Positions 1 through 8,789 of a DNA stretch of 64,000 nucleotides are shown one piece after another. The notes below the pieces were generated by a model that was not told the origin of the DNA, made no database searches, and saw only the letters and a program-made list of their open reading frames with translations. This DNA is from Bdellovibrionales bacterium (lineage in GTDB: Bacteria; Bdellovibrionota; Bdellovibrionia; Bdellovibrionales; JAUICD01). The translations under genes were made by a program, and so were the position numbers. How positions within the stretch are numbered: the first letter of the stretch is position 1; each line of letters starts with the position of its first letter. The stretch lies in the NCBI GenBank assembly GCA_965197425.1, contig CBDANC010000013.1, positions 160,001 to 224,000 on the forward strand, written 5' to 3'.

Positions 1-817
1 ACATATCATGTTCAGCCTCAAAGCAAGTTAAAGCGATTCGTTTATTATGTAAGAAAGTATTCATTATTTCTTTCAAGGCATTTCCTTCCGAAGACAATAT
101 CTCTTTTTTATATATTGAAAATAGCTTTCTATAATCTTGTTTTGTTTTAAGATTACTTCTAAGTTGACCGTTGATCCCTAAACTAGGGAGGTGAAGATAC
201 TCGATATTTAGGGATCGTGTTTTTTCTTGCAATGATTTTTTTGAAAATCCATATTTTCTGCTGAGAGGATTTTTCCTAACATCGCACAATACTTTTATGT
301 TATTTTTCATCAATAGATTGAGATATTCATCTATACTCCTACCTTCATAACCGATGGTAAAAATACATTTTTTATTTTGTTTTGGTTTAACACTTTCAAT
401 TCTATTTTTTTCTTTAGCGTTTAAATTTGCTTCTGAGATAATCTTGCTGTTTATTGCATAATAGGGAAATTCAGAATATACTTTGTGTAGTAATCTTTGT
501 TTAGATAATATTCCATATTCTTTTTTAATATTAAGGATAATGCCTCTCTCTTGCGGGCAAATATCATTCAAAAAACCATTTGTTTTATTTCCAACCCATT
601 TTTTGTTTTCTAGTAAAAAACCCTGATCTATTAAGGTCTTTTTGTCGTGGTATGACTGGAAGGAAAAGCATCCGTAGTTATAAGGTATGAAGTTGTAGTG
701 TTTTTTTGTTAGTTGTTCAGAGATCAAGAATAGATATTTTTGAAATTTTGTTGCTTCTACTGAGCCTCCGAATGCTTCAATAATTGCCAACAAAAATTTT
801 TGTCTATAAAAAAGCAA
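1..817 (-). CDS. DUF488 family protein (partial, runs off left edge; not in ORF track)
   Basis: Manual translation from TTG at 817: MLFYRQKFLLAIIEAFGG...FFTIGYEGRSIDEYLNLL...LCDVRKNPLSRKYGFSK...IALTCFE; TIGYEG and DVR-PxSRK motifs typical of DUF488. Confidence 0.8.
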   Translation of the reverse strand, partial: MLFYRQKFLLAIIEAFGGSVEATKFQKYLFLISEQLTKKHYNFIPYNYGCFSFQSYHDKKTLIDQGFLLENKKWVGNKTNGFLNDICPQERGIILNIKKEYGILSKQRLLHKVYSEFPYYAINSKIISEANLNAKEKNRIESVKPKQNKKCIFTIGYEGRSIDEYLNLLMKNNIKVLCDVRKNPLSRKYGFSKKSLQEKTRSLNIEYLHLPSLGINGQLRSNLKTKQDYRKLFSIYKKEILSSEGNALKEIMNTFLHNKRIALTCFEAEHDM

Positions 818-976
818 CTACTATACCCCTCTGCCCTGGCAAGTTTACTTGATGTCATTTATAGACTCAATCATTTTTTTATTTAAAAACCACAAAAAAC
901 TCGCTACCTATTGACATACAAGACCTCAGTTCCCATGTTATTGGAAATACGTTTAACCTTAAAAAAGGAGAGAGAA

Positions 977-1198
977 TTGAAATCAACTCATGTTGTACCG
1001 AACAAAAATGAAGGTTGGAGTGTGAAAACTAGTGGTTCAGATATGCCAATAGCTACTTTTAACACAAAAAAAGAAGCTATATCCCATGGGAGACAAGTCA
1101 GTAGAATGACAAATAGTGAGTTATTTATACATAATAAAGATGGTAAAATTGCATCCAGGGATAGTCATGGCAATGACCCACATCCTCCTTTAGGCTAG
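977..1198 (+). CDS. DUF2188 family protein
   Basis: HVVP..GWSVK...TKKEAI..GR...ELFIH..DGKI..RDSHGNDPHPPLG; likely start TTG 977 after AGGAG (ORF track starts at 911). Confidence 0.85.
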   Translation: MKSTHVVPNKNEGWSVKTSGSDMPIATFNTKKEAISHGRQVSRMTNSELFIHNKDGKIASRDSHGNDPHPPLG

Positions 1199-1368
1199 CA
1201 ATTAAAACGAACCAACAATGAAGATTATGAATAATAATAACCCTAAAACTAAAAATATATCTATTTCAATCAGATTGATTAACCATGCATGGTGCAAACT
1301 CAACTAGTTTAGAAATTGCTAACAAACTTTTCCGATGTATAGAAAGCTTTATACAGGTGTTTTAAACT

Positions 1369-2055
1369 TCAATGAAATTTTATAACTTCAACCAGTTTAA
1401 GATGACATTTTTTAAATTTTTTATTGCTACCACATGAACAAATATCATTACGCCCAATTCTCCTACGCATTGTGTTTTTTATTGTGAAATTTTTCTTTAG
1501 TTCTGTTAATACCTCTTTAAATTCATCGGGATGCATATTCCTATAGAGCTTGGAATGACGGACAAATTGTGTGCTATCTGAAATAATTTCATCTATAAGA
1601 CCTTGCACCCCATGTTCCAAATCTCCAAATGGCCATTTGCTAAATTTGTTGTAATAGCTTAAGCCGTATAAAAAAGATATTATGAGCTGAGAAATGAAAT
1701 CTGTTGCTGGAGTTTCACTGTTTCTAAGTTCCTCAGCTTTATCAAAAGCAATTATTCTAGAACATAAGCATAATTCAGGGGGATCGGTTTTATAATTAGC
1801 GTGCAGAGACATTATATTTATATTTCTTTCCTCTGCTAATTTTTTAATTCTACCACCAACCTCTTTAACTACAGGTAAAGGTTCACACCTGTTAAAATCA
1901 ATATTTATTTCATAAGCATCTTCTATTAATTGACGACTAAGCTTCGCTTTAAAATTTAAAGTTCCACATAAAATGTTTTTGTTTGGCTCAAAAGTTAATC
2001 CTGGTTGCTCTTTTAAAAGGAATTTTTTATCTTCTTCCGAAACCCAACAAGACAT
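1369..2055 (-). CDS. Prokaryotic E2-like (ubiquitin-conjugating fold) protein with C-terminal SEC-C motif
   Basis: LPVVKEVGGRI, LHAN-x7-LCLC (resembles E2 HxN...C), WPFGDLEHG, C-terminal GRNDICSCGSNKKFKKCH. Confidence 0.65.
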   Translation of the reverse strand: MSCWVSEEDKKFLLKEQPGLTFEPNKNILCGTLNFKAKLSRQLIEDAYEINIDFNRCEPLPVVKEVGGRIKKLAEERNINIMSLHANYKTDPPELCLCSRIIAFDKAEELRNSETPATDFISQLIISFLYGLSYYNKFSKWPFGDLEHGVQGLIDEIISDSTQFVRHSKLYRNMHPDEFKEVLTELKKNFTIKNTMRRRIGRNDICSCGSNKKFKKCHLKLVEVIKFH

Positions 2056-2061
2056 TTTGTT

Positions 2062-3174
2062 TTATACACTCCAAGGAGGGGTAGTAGCAATTGATCCTGT
2101 ATCTTTACCACCTTTTAAAATATTAAAAGTTTTTGCAGACCCTACATTTAAAGTTCCTAAATAGTACAAATTGTACTTACTTATACTTCCAGATTCTTTT
2201 GATAGAAACTCTTCTTTATACAAACTATCTTCTACGTAAATATCTACTTTGAAAGTGTAACACTCAAACAATATATCACCAGCAGAGTTCTGTTTGATTG
2301 TGTTATAGCCGTTGTAGTAATTTAGATGTTCTGAAGGTGCTTCACCAATAACAATAACTTTAGGTTTCATTCGATTTAACCACAGCTCAGGTATTTTTCC
2401 GCTGTCTCTACCATGATGAGGTGCAAATAAGATATCAACAGAGTCAATGTTTCTATCCTTAAAGTTTTTTTCTTTATTCAATAAGTCCACTAGACTAATT
2501 GGTGTTTCAATTTTTATTTTGTGCATAAAATCTGATTCTAAATCACCCATAAATACCATGTTTATTCCGTTTTCTGAGTACATAATAATTGGGGATATAT
2601 TGTTTGGACTTAAATCATGTTTTGCTGATTCTAAAGCCTGTTTGTAATGTATATTATCAACTACAGGCCAAAGGATTTTAAAACCTAATCTAGATAGAAC
2701 GGCATATCTATCAAGTGAAGTTTTATTTTTACAATTGTTGTCTCTAAAACTTGCCAAAAGCCTATCAGTCGGTGATTGAACGTTATCTTGATTTTTGCCA
2801 TTTATAAGACTAACGAAAAGAGAGTTTTCACAACCTCTGTACAAATAAGAAGCTTTATTAGAATCCTTTAATTCACAATATTTATCAAAATCTTTTGTAC
2901 CATCAACCTTCTTAGTTTCATTCTCGACAACATAAAAATCAGTAATATTTAGTTCATTGTCTAAAATACTCAAACCTTTGATATGATCATTGTCTGGATG
3001 AGTGGATATAAATCTAATATTTCCTTGATTTGACATATTAACTATTTCGTCAAGATTTTTTTTGCCATGGTCACTGTCGTCCAAACAACAATCTATAACA
3101 GTTAGATCTCCAGAATTATGTTTTATATAAAACATATCACCATTACCTACAGAAAAAGACTTTATAATACTCAT
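2062..3174 (-). CDS. ComEC/Rec2-like MBL-fold metallo-hydrolase with C-terminal tail
   Basis: VGNGD, STHPDNDH, MGDLE, APHHGR motifs. Confidence 0.85.
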   Translation of the reverse strand: MSIIKSFSVGNGDMFYIKHNSGDLTVIDCCLDDSDHGKKNLDEIVNMSNQGNIRFISTHPDNDHIKGLSILDNELNITDFYVVENETKKVDGTKDFDKYCELKDSNKASYLYRGCENSLFVSLINGKNQDNVQSPTDRLLASFRDNNCKNKTSLDRYAVLSRLGFKILWPVVDNIHYKQALESAKHDLSPNNISPIIMYSENGINMVFMGDLESDFMHKIKIETPISLVDLLNKEKNFKDRNIDSVDILFAPHHGRDSGKIPELWLNRMKPKVIVIGEAPSEHLNYYNGYNTIKQNSAGDILFECYTFKVDIYVEDSLYKEEFLSKESGSISKYNLYYLGTLNVGSAKTFNILKGGKDTGSIATTPPWSV

Positions 3175-3635
3175 TTATTTTCCTCCTTCGAAGCTCGAGT
3201 TTGATTGATACCTACTAATTCTTGAAAAATTGATTCAATTTTCTTAATAAAATTATCTACATTTAAACCAGCAATAAATGCAAGTGCATAATAGGCATAT
3301 TCATTTTGAAATCCAAAGTTAGATGTAAATACAAATAACCCTGCCTTAACAAAGATCAAGCTTACAGCTCCAGAAACAGCACTTACAAATGGCCTAATTA
3401 TGTGCCATACAATCCAACCATTGTCCCAATCTTTTCTAACACAGAAGTGTAGATAAAGACCTCTCATACAGTAAACACATCCACCAATCATACCTATCAT
3501 TGCCACTTTTAACCAAATAACATCACCTAGCTTACAAACAATAAAAATTGTTGGATTACAAAGAAGGAAAGTACAAGCACATACCAAAAATAATTGAAAT
3601 AAGAAAAGTCCTAAAACTACTTTACAAGGTTTCAT
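3171..3635 (-). CDS. Small multi-pass (about 4 TM) membrane protein
   Basis: Hydrophobic segments; GMIGGCVY...WHIIRPFVSAVSG...LAFIAGLN; overlaps both neighbours. Confidence 0.8.
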   Translation of the reverse strand: MKPCKVVLGLFLFQLFLVCACTFLLCNPTIFIVCKLGDVIWLKVAMIGMIGGCVYCMRGLYLHFCVRKDWDNGWIVWHIIRPFVSAVSGAVSLIFVKAGLFVFTSNFGFQNEYAYYALAFIAGLNVDNFIKKIESIFQELVGINQTRASKEENK

Positions 3636-4527
3636 TACTAAATATATCCCTTGTTGGAATTTGTTTTGAAGTTTGTATTGGAGCTTTTGCTGTGGACAGC
3701 TTTATATCTATACTTCCATTTTGATCTACATTAAGTAAAACGCTTCCTTTAGTTTTGGTTGAAAGGCATTTGATACTCTCTCCATTAAAATTTAAACCTA
3801 TGGGCATATTATAATATCTATTATCAGTCTGACCTCCTACCTCATCACTAATAATAACCAAATTAGGGGCAATAGATTGCATCATTTCTTCAGAATAACC
3901 GGACTCCCTACCATGATGAGGAGCAACTAAAATCCTTTTGTGAGACTTTTTAATAAAAGGTTCTAGCTTTGAATAATTTTGCTTCCATAAGAAATCCCAA
4001 CCCTTTGGCTCAATGTCACCTGGACACACAAAAAGTATTCCTTTATACAACATGAATACTACAATTGAAGTGTTATTTTTCTCCAGTACACAACCATCTG
4101 GAAACTTGCCATGAGAAAGAGAAAATATTTCGTACTCAATTCCTCCATTGAAATTAGGATTTGTAGGGTTCTTTTCATATTCAACTGGTGCGGTGTAATC
4201 TTCATATAACTTCTTCAAAACTATTTGGTGTGGCTCTGTTTTTGTGCCTGTATTGCCACAAAACTCACTTCTAGGAAGGCTTCTGTTAATTCTCAAAACC
4301 CTTGGTTGGCCAAAAAATTTGATAAAATATGGGAGTCCTTCCACATGATCTTTGTCTGGATGACTTATTATCAGGTAATCTACTTTTTCAATATCCAATG
4401 TCTCCTTAGCATATTCTGATAGAGAAGATTTTTCTGAAGACCCCACATCTATACAATGAAATTGGCCACTAGGAGTTTTGATACATATAAATAACCCATG
4501 CTCAACATCACAAACTAAAAATTTCAT
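3622..4527 (-). CDS. ComEC/Rec2-like MBL-fold metallo-hydrolase
   Basis: DVEHG, ISHPDKDH, PGDIE, APHHGR; start ATG 4527 after AGGAGAGGG. Confidence 0.85.
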   Translation of the reverse strand: MKFLVCDVEHGLFICIKTPSGQFHCIDVGSSEKSSLSEYAKETLDIEKVDYLIISHPDKDHVEGLPYFIKFFGQPRVLRINRSLPRSEFCGNTGTKTEPHQIVLKKLYEDYTAPVEYEKNPTNPNFNGGIEYEIFSLSHGKFPDGCVLEKNNTSIVVFMLYKGILFVCPGDIEPKGWDFLWKQNYSKLEPFIKKSHKRILVAPHHGRESGYSEEMMQSIAPNLVIISDEVGGQTDNRYYNMPIGLNFNGESIKCLSTKTKGSVLLNVDQNGSIDIKLSTAKAPIQTSKQIPTRDIFSNETL

Positions 4528-4689
4528 ACCCTCTCCTAACATAACAACTCCTTTTAAAGTACATATCCAGCATTGCCCTATACCAAAATCTAGAAAAACA
4601 ATCAATTTTTTTTTATTTTTCTAGCTAAAATCTAGCTTTTAATATAAAATATTATGTTGGTCAAATAAACATTTAATAATGAGGATTTT

Positions 4690-4998
4690 GTGAAAAATTT
4701 ACAAAATAGCTTTTACAACCAACTGGGTAGCTTGATTCGTGATAGGAGAAAAGAGAAAGGGTTCACTCAAGAGGTTGTTGCAGAAATACTGGAGATAAAC
4801 AGAGCTACCTTTGCTAATCTAGAAGCAGGAGAACATCGAATACTATTCCATCATGTTGTGGAGCTGTCGTTTTTACTTGAACTAGATTTAAATGCAATCA
4901 TAACTCTTTACCGCAAGAACAAATTAGAAGAACAATCATCCATAGCTCCAGGTAAAGTCAAAAAAGCATTGAAAAAAATTAGAGAACCTGACATATAA
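4690..4998 (+). CDS. XRE-family HTH transcriptional regulator
   Basis: IRDRRKEKGFTQEVVAEILEINRATFANLEAG. Confidence 0.9.
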   Translation: MKNLQNSFYNQLGSLIRDRRKEKGFTQEVVAEILEINRATFANLEAGEHRILFHHVVELSFLLELDLNAIITLYRKNKLEEQSSIAPGKVKKALKKIREPDI

Positions 4999-5017
4999 AA
5001 TCAGAGCAGGGAATTTA

Positions 5018-5548
5018 ATGAGACCAAGATACGATTTTATAGAAAAAAGTGCCAATACTGTATTGAGTAAGTGTGGTACACCACAGAAATTCAAAATTTC
5101 AATCAAGAAAATCTGTCACAAATTGAAGTTTGTGTACATAGAAGAACCTCTTGAAAGCAATTGTAGCGGAATGTCTGTGGTAGATGGAGAGAAAAAAACT
5201 ATAATAGTTAATTCAGGCCATAATGAAAAAAGAAGAAAATTCTCTGTAGCCCACGAAATTGGACACATACTACTTCATGGCTATGAGGCTTTAAATATAG
5301 ATAATACCGGCTCTTTAGTTATGTTTCGTAATGAAAAATCTTCTAAAGGTACAGACTGGAAAGAAAGAGAAGCAAATTATTTTGCAGCTTGTCTTCTAAT
5401 GCCAAAGGATAAGATATTGGAAGTTACTGAAAAGTTTAATAAAGGGTGTATATCGGAAGACCAGTTGGAAGAATTATCTGATAAGTTTGGGGTTTCCGTT
5501 CAAGCAATGTGTATTCGTCTCACTCAACTAGGTTTTGTCACAACTTAG
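5018..5548 (+). CDS. ImmA/IrrE family metallo-endopeptidase
   Basis: RRKFSVAHEIGH (HExxH), EREANYFAACLLMP, FGVSVQAM..RL. Confidence 0.92.
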   Translation: MRPRYDFIEKSANTVLSKCGTPQKFKISIKKICHKLKFVYIEEPLESNCSGMSVVDGEKKTIIVNSGHNEKRRKFSVAHEIGHILLHGYEALNIDNTGSLVMFRNEKSSKGTDWKEREANYFAACLLMPKDKILEVTEKFNKGCISEDQLEELSDKFGVSVQAMCIRLTQLGFVTT

Positions 5549-5575
5549 ATTGAAGGTAAGCTAAGCTTCAGCAAT

Positions 5576-5741
5576 CTACCGCTTTGTCATCAGGTATAAC
5601 CCTCTGTACATTCCCTCTACCTGATGAACTTGTTCTATAATATATTCTTTTAGAAAGGCCTTTTCAAAATTATCCTTATTATACCAATCAAACAAAATCT
5701 TTTGATCTCGCATCCCAGCGAGTAATTTTTGAGCTAAACTA
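5576..5741 (-). pseudogene. Diverged copy of the 3' 166 bp of the NoeA-like gene (7437-7602)
   Basis: Same-length alignment by eye to 7437-7602 (ctaccgctt...tgatgaacttgttctat...gccttttcaaaattatc...ttttgagctaaacta). Confidence 0.9.
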
Positions 5742-6152
5742 CCCTCCTTGAGCTAAGATATAAAAGCCTGTAGCACATAAAAGTGCAAATGTTGCACCAC
5801 TGAGTGCACAAAAGGTGATACCAGGGGTTCTACTTTTACTTCTAGAACCAAGCCAAAGGAAAAAAGCTGGTATACAAAAAGGAATAATGAATACTAAAAA
5901 GAGACCTGCACTAGTTGTGGCCATTATGGTCATCATAAGTGGTACCACGAGCAAGGCAAGCCAATAGAGAAGAAAAGCTGTAAATGTACCCATTGATTCA
6001 CTGCTAGTATCAGGATCACGAAAAAGCATATAAATAAAAAATAAGGTGCCTGCTAGAAAGTAAGAAGCAATAAATGTAATTATGCGTTCTTTTTTAGTAG
6101 ATCTAAAAATAGACTTCCATTTGGTATCAATGACATCCAGAAACCCTAACAT
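5739..6152 (-). CDS. Hypothetical membrane protein
   Basis: Several hydrophobic helices; GGAGG upstream. Confidence 0.65.
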   Translation of the reverse strand: MLGFLDVIDTKWKSIFRSTKKERIITFIASYFLAGTLFFIYMLFRDPDTSSESMGTFTAFLLYWLALLVVPLMMTIMATTSAGLFLVFIIPFCIPAFFLWLGSRSKSRTPGITFCALSGATFALLCATGFYILAQGG

Positions 6153-6226
6153 TATGCCTCCCCCTATTTTCTATATTGCTCTTCAATAGTATAGCACACG
6201 GTTTGTTCGCTTAAAGAGAAAAACTC

Positions 6227-6255
6227 TTGACACTGGTTCCATATATGGTACCATT
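6227..6255 (+). promoter_or_regulatory. hicAB promoter with palindromic operator
   Basis: TTGACA at 6227 followed by near-palindrome TGGTTCCATATATGGTACCA (6234-6253) just before hicA. Confidence 0.55.
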
Positions 6256-6260
6256 CTTGG

Positions 6261-6503
6261 GTGAAAATAGAAGATGCTATAAAATATCTTGAGAGTAGTA
6301 AGAGAGTTGCATTTAAAGATTTGCTTAGAATGTGTGAGGTATTCTTTGGAAAGGCTAGAACTAAGGGAAGTCATTTCATTTTCAAAGTGCCGTGGTGTGG
6401 GAGAATAAATATTCAAAGGGATAAAAAAGACGCAAAAAAATATCAGATTAAACAAGTATTAAGTGCCTTAAAGAGGCTACGATCTCAAAAGGAGGGGCAA
6501 TGA
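6261..6503 (+). CDS. hicA: HicA-family toxin
   Basis: KGSHFIFK..INIQ...AKKYQIKQVL; overlaps hicB start (ATGA). Confidence 0.85.
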   Translation: MKIEDAIKYLESSKRVAFKDLLRMCEVFFGKARTKGSHFIFKVPWCGRINIQRDKKDAKKYQIKQVLSALKRLRSQKEGQ

Positions 6504-6832
6504 AAAAATTGGAACAAACTATTATGAAGTATGTATATCTTGTTGAATATGACGAAGAGGATAAAGTTTTTATTGCCAGATGTGCAGAATTTCCAGATTT
6601 AGTTGCACATGGAAAAACCCAGCAACAAGCACTGGAAGAAATAAGGACTGTTGTGTTGGAATCTGTTAAGTGGATGAAGAAGGAAAAAGAGCTAATACCT
6701 GAACCTCTCTGTTTGCATAATTTCAGTGGAGAGTTTCGGCTAAGAATGCCCCCAGAAAAACACAGGAAAGTTGCGATAGAGGCTGCTACTCAGGGCGTAT
6801 CTATGAACCAACTCATCATAAGCAAACTGTAG
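6500..6832 (+). CDS. hicB: HicB-family antitoxin with RHH domain
   Basis: FIARCAEFPDLVAHGKTQQQALE...FSGEFRLRMPPEKHRKVAIEAATQGVSMNQ. Confidence 0.9.
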   Translation: MKKLEQTIMKYVYLVEYDEEDKVFIARCAEFPDLVAHGKTQQQALEEIRTVVLESVKWMKKEKELIPEPLCLHNFSGEFRLRMPPEKHRKVAIEAATQGVSMNQLIISKL

Positions 6833-6958
6833 TAGCTTTTCAAACTTTCAGCCTTTTATAAGCTTTAATTTAACTAGTTCAGTTAAGGAATACACAAGCA
6901 CCGCATTGCTATCACTAGTTACAGAGAGTAGCATTGAAACGCTCATTACTAACCACCC

Positions 6959-7061
6959 ATCATGCAAAACTTCAAGCTTTTATCTACCAGAACTGATTAT
7001 ATCCACCTCTCCAGAATACTGACGAAATGGTCAATCTCACACTCTAAGTTGTCATTACGAT
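6959..7061 (-). pseudogene. Diverged copy of colD 3' end plus downstream flank (10682-10784)
   Basis: ctgattatatccacctctccagaatactgacgaaatggtcaatctcac aligns with ctgattatatccatctctctagaacactaacaaaatggttaatctcac. Confidence 0.85.
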
Positions 7062-7133
7062 ATGCCTATATAGGTTTTTGACAAAATATTTTGGATTGAC
7101 ATAACAAAGTTTTTAATTGACAATGTATATACA

Positions 7134-7190
7134 ATGAGATACAGTGAGTCGCAGTTATGTTTTGAGTGGGATGAAGAAAAAAACATATGA
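7134..7190 (+). pseudogene. BrnT toxin N-terminal remnant
   Basis: MRYSESQLCFEWDEEKNI*: FEWDxxKN is the BrnT N-terminal motif; stop overlaps antitoxin ATG; TTGACA and TGTATATACA palindrome upstream. Confidence 0.7.
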
Positions 7191-7435
7191 AGAGGGAATA
7201 TAACTTAAAAAAACTTAAAAAGAGAAAAGCCTCTATCAATGTGGACAAAAATGCCATTAAAATACCTATGAGTTTGAGGATTGATGCTACTACGCTTGTG
7301 GATATTAAAACTTTGGCTGAGCAACAAAAAATTCCATATCAAACTTTAATAGGAAGTATCTTACACAGATATACCCAAGGTGATTTGATAGACAAACAAT
7401 CCACTAAAAGGATTCTTAAAATTGTTAAGGGCTAA
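7187..7435 (+). CDS. BrnA/CopG-like antitoxin
   Basis: MKREYNL...KIPMSLRID...IPYQTLIGSILHRY. Confidence 0.8.
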   Translation: MKREYNLKKLKKRKASINVDKNAIKIPMSLRIDATTLVDIKTLAEQQKIPYQTLIGSILHRYTQGDLIDKQSTKRILKIVKG

Positions 7436-7436
7436 G

Positions 7437-8789
7437 CTACCGCTTAGTCATTAAATACAGTGTCCTGCTCATGCCCTCTATCTGATGAACTTGTTCTATG
7501 ATGTATTCTTTCGAAAAAGCCTTTTCAAAATTATCTTTATTATACCAATCAAACAAAGTCTTTTGATCTCGCATCCCAACGATTAATTTTTGAGCTAAAC
7601 TATCATCCCTATCTACAAATTCAATTATTAAATATTTACCTAGTGAAGAAAATATTTGGGCGAGCATATTAAAAGAGCAGTTTTGAGAAATACACAGATG
7701 ATGTGCTAATGCTAGAGCAAGAACACATTCTGAGTTCCAATTACAAGCTCTGTCTAAAAATGAACTCCTTTCTTTATTAGCAAAGCCGTAGGCTGGAGTA
7801 GGATTGGCAATATTTACCAACAAGCTTACCATATCTCTCCCCGTATTTTTAGACTCTAAAAATCCTCTGTTTAAAGAAGATAAATCCGTGTCACACAAAA
7901 GAGTACTACTTCCGCTGATATTAGATAAACTCCCATCATTTCCACCAATATCTAAAATTTTACTAGCGTTTACTTGAGTTAACCATCTATGAACAGTATT
8001 CTTTTTTTCTACAAAAGCTTTGTCCTTGTAGCTATTATTCTTGTAATAGTCATTCCATTGAGTATTGTGTTTAAGTTCTAACTTATCTACAAAGTCATAT
8101 ACATAATTTAAGACTTTAATAAGCTTATTTTTAGATAATTTAATATCTTTTTTAAAACTGTTAACATCCTTATTGTCTTTAAGAGCTTTAGCATGCATGT
8201 GTATGTTTGATTTTATAAATAAACTAAAGTGTGTCCTTAGTGGAAGTAAGCTACTTACAATATCTAGTGGTATGCCATCAATAAAGCTAATTAACATTTT
8301 ACTAACATCAGTATGACAATACTTCATTAGCAATAATGGTGATATAAAGTGCCTGCAAAATTGTCCAAAAGCCACCCATGGAAGATCTTCTTTATAAAAA
8401 TCAAAGGATAAAGTGTCTATAAAAATTGGTTTAGGGCCAACAAATTGAACATTGTAAGAAGAAGCATCTTTAAGGATCATCCCAAATTTAATGGCTTGTA
8501 TATTTGTTTTAAGTGTCAATAGGGCTGCATCTTTTAAAGCACAAAAAGGCCATTCTACAGGATAAGATATAAATGGTATCATTTTAGGTTTTATAACTAT
8601 TTTTGATTTATCTTTTTCAACAACAACATGACTGATCAAAGATTCATCTTGCACCAAGTGGTCATATAATCCTGATTTATATAAGTGTTCAAACTTATCA
8701 AAGTAAATAGGGTCTATATTTCTATAAACTTCTCCATCTTTTGTGTAAACAAAACCACTTGGATCTCTAAAAGATGCTGGATGGATCAT
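7437..8789 (-). CDS. NoeA-like protein (kinase-like N-terminus + SAM-dependent methyltransferase domain)
   Basis: SFRDPSGFV, PFISYPVEW, LKDASSYNVQF, ILDIGGNDG, LALAHHL. Confidence 0.8.
   Translation of the reverse strand: MIHPASFRDPSGFVYTKDGEVYRNIDPIYFDKFEHLYKSGLYDHLVQDESLISHVVVEKDKSKIVIKPKMIPFISYPVEWPFCALKDAALLTLKTNIQAIKFGMILKDASSYNVQFVGPKPIFIDTLSFDFYKEDLPWVAFGQFCRHFISPLLLMKYCHTDVSKMLISFIDGIPLDIVSSLLPLRTHFSLFIKSNIHMHAKALKDNKDVNSFKKDIKLSKNKLIKVLNYVYDFVDKLELKHNTQWNDYYKNNSYKDKAFVEKKNTVHRWLTQVNASKILDIGGNDGSLSNISGSSTLLCDTDLSSLNRGFLESKNTGRDMVSLLVNIANPTPAYGFANKERSSFLDRACNWNSECVLALALAHHLCISQNCSFNMLAQIFSSLGKYLIIEFVDRDDSLAQKLIVGMRDQKTLFDWYNKDNFEKAFSKEYIIEQVHQIEGMSRTLYLMTKR

Noticed and set aside
1369..2055. 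SecA or YchJ assignment from the SEC-C motif
   Set aside because: Too short for SecA; N-terminal region has E2-like rather than SecA or YchJ motifs
2062..4527. Beta-lactam resistance or competence ComEC
   Set aside because: No signal peptide or competence membrane domain; only the MBL hydrolase fold is shared
1369..5548. Calling the MBL/E2 operon CBASS, Pycsar or 6A-MBL
   Set aside because: No nucleotide cyclase, E1 (ThiF) or JAB gene is recognisable in the window
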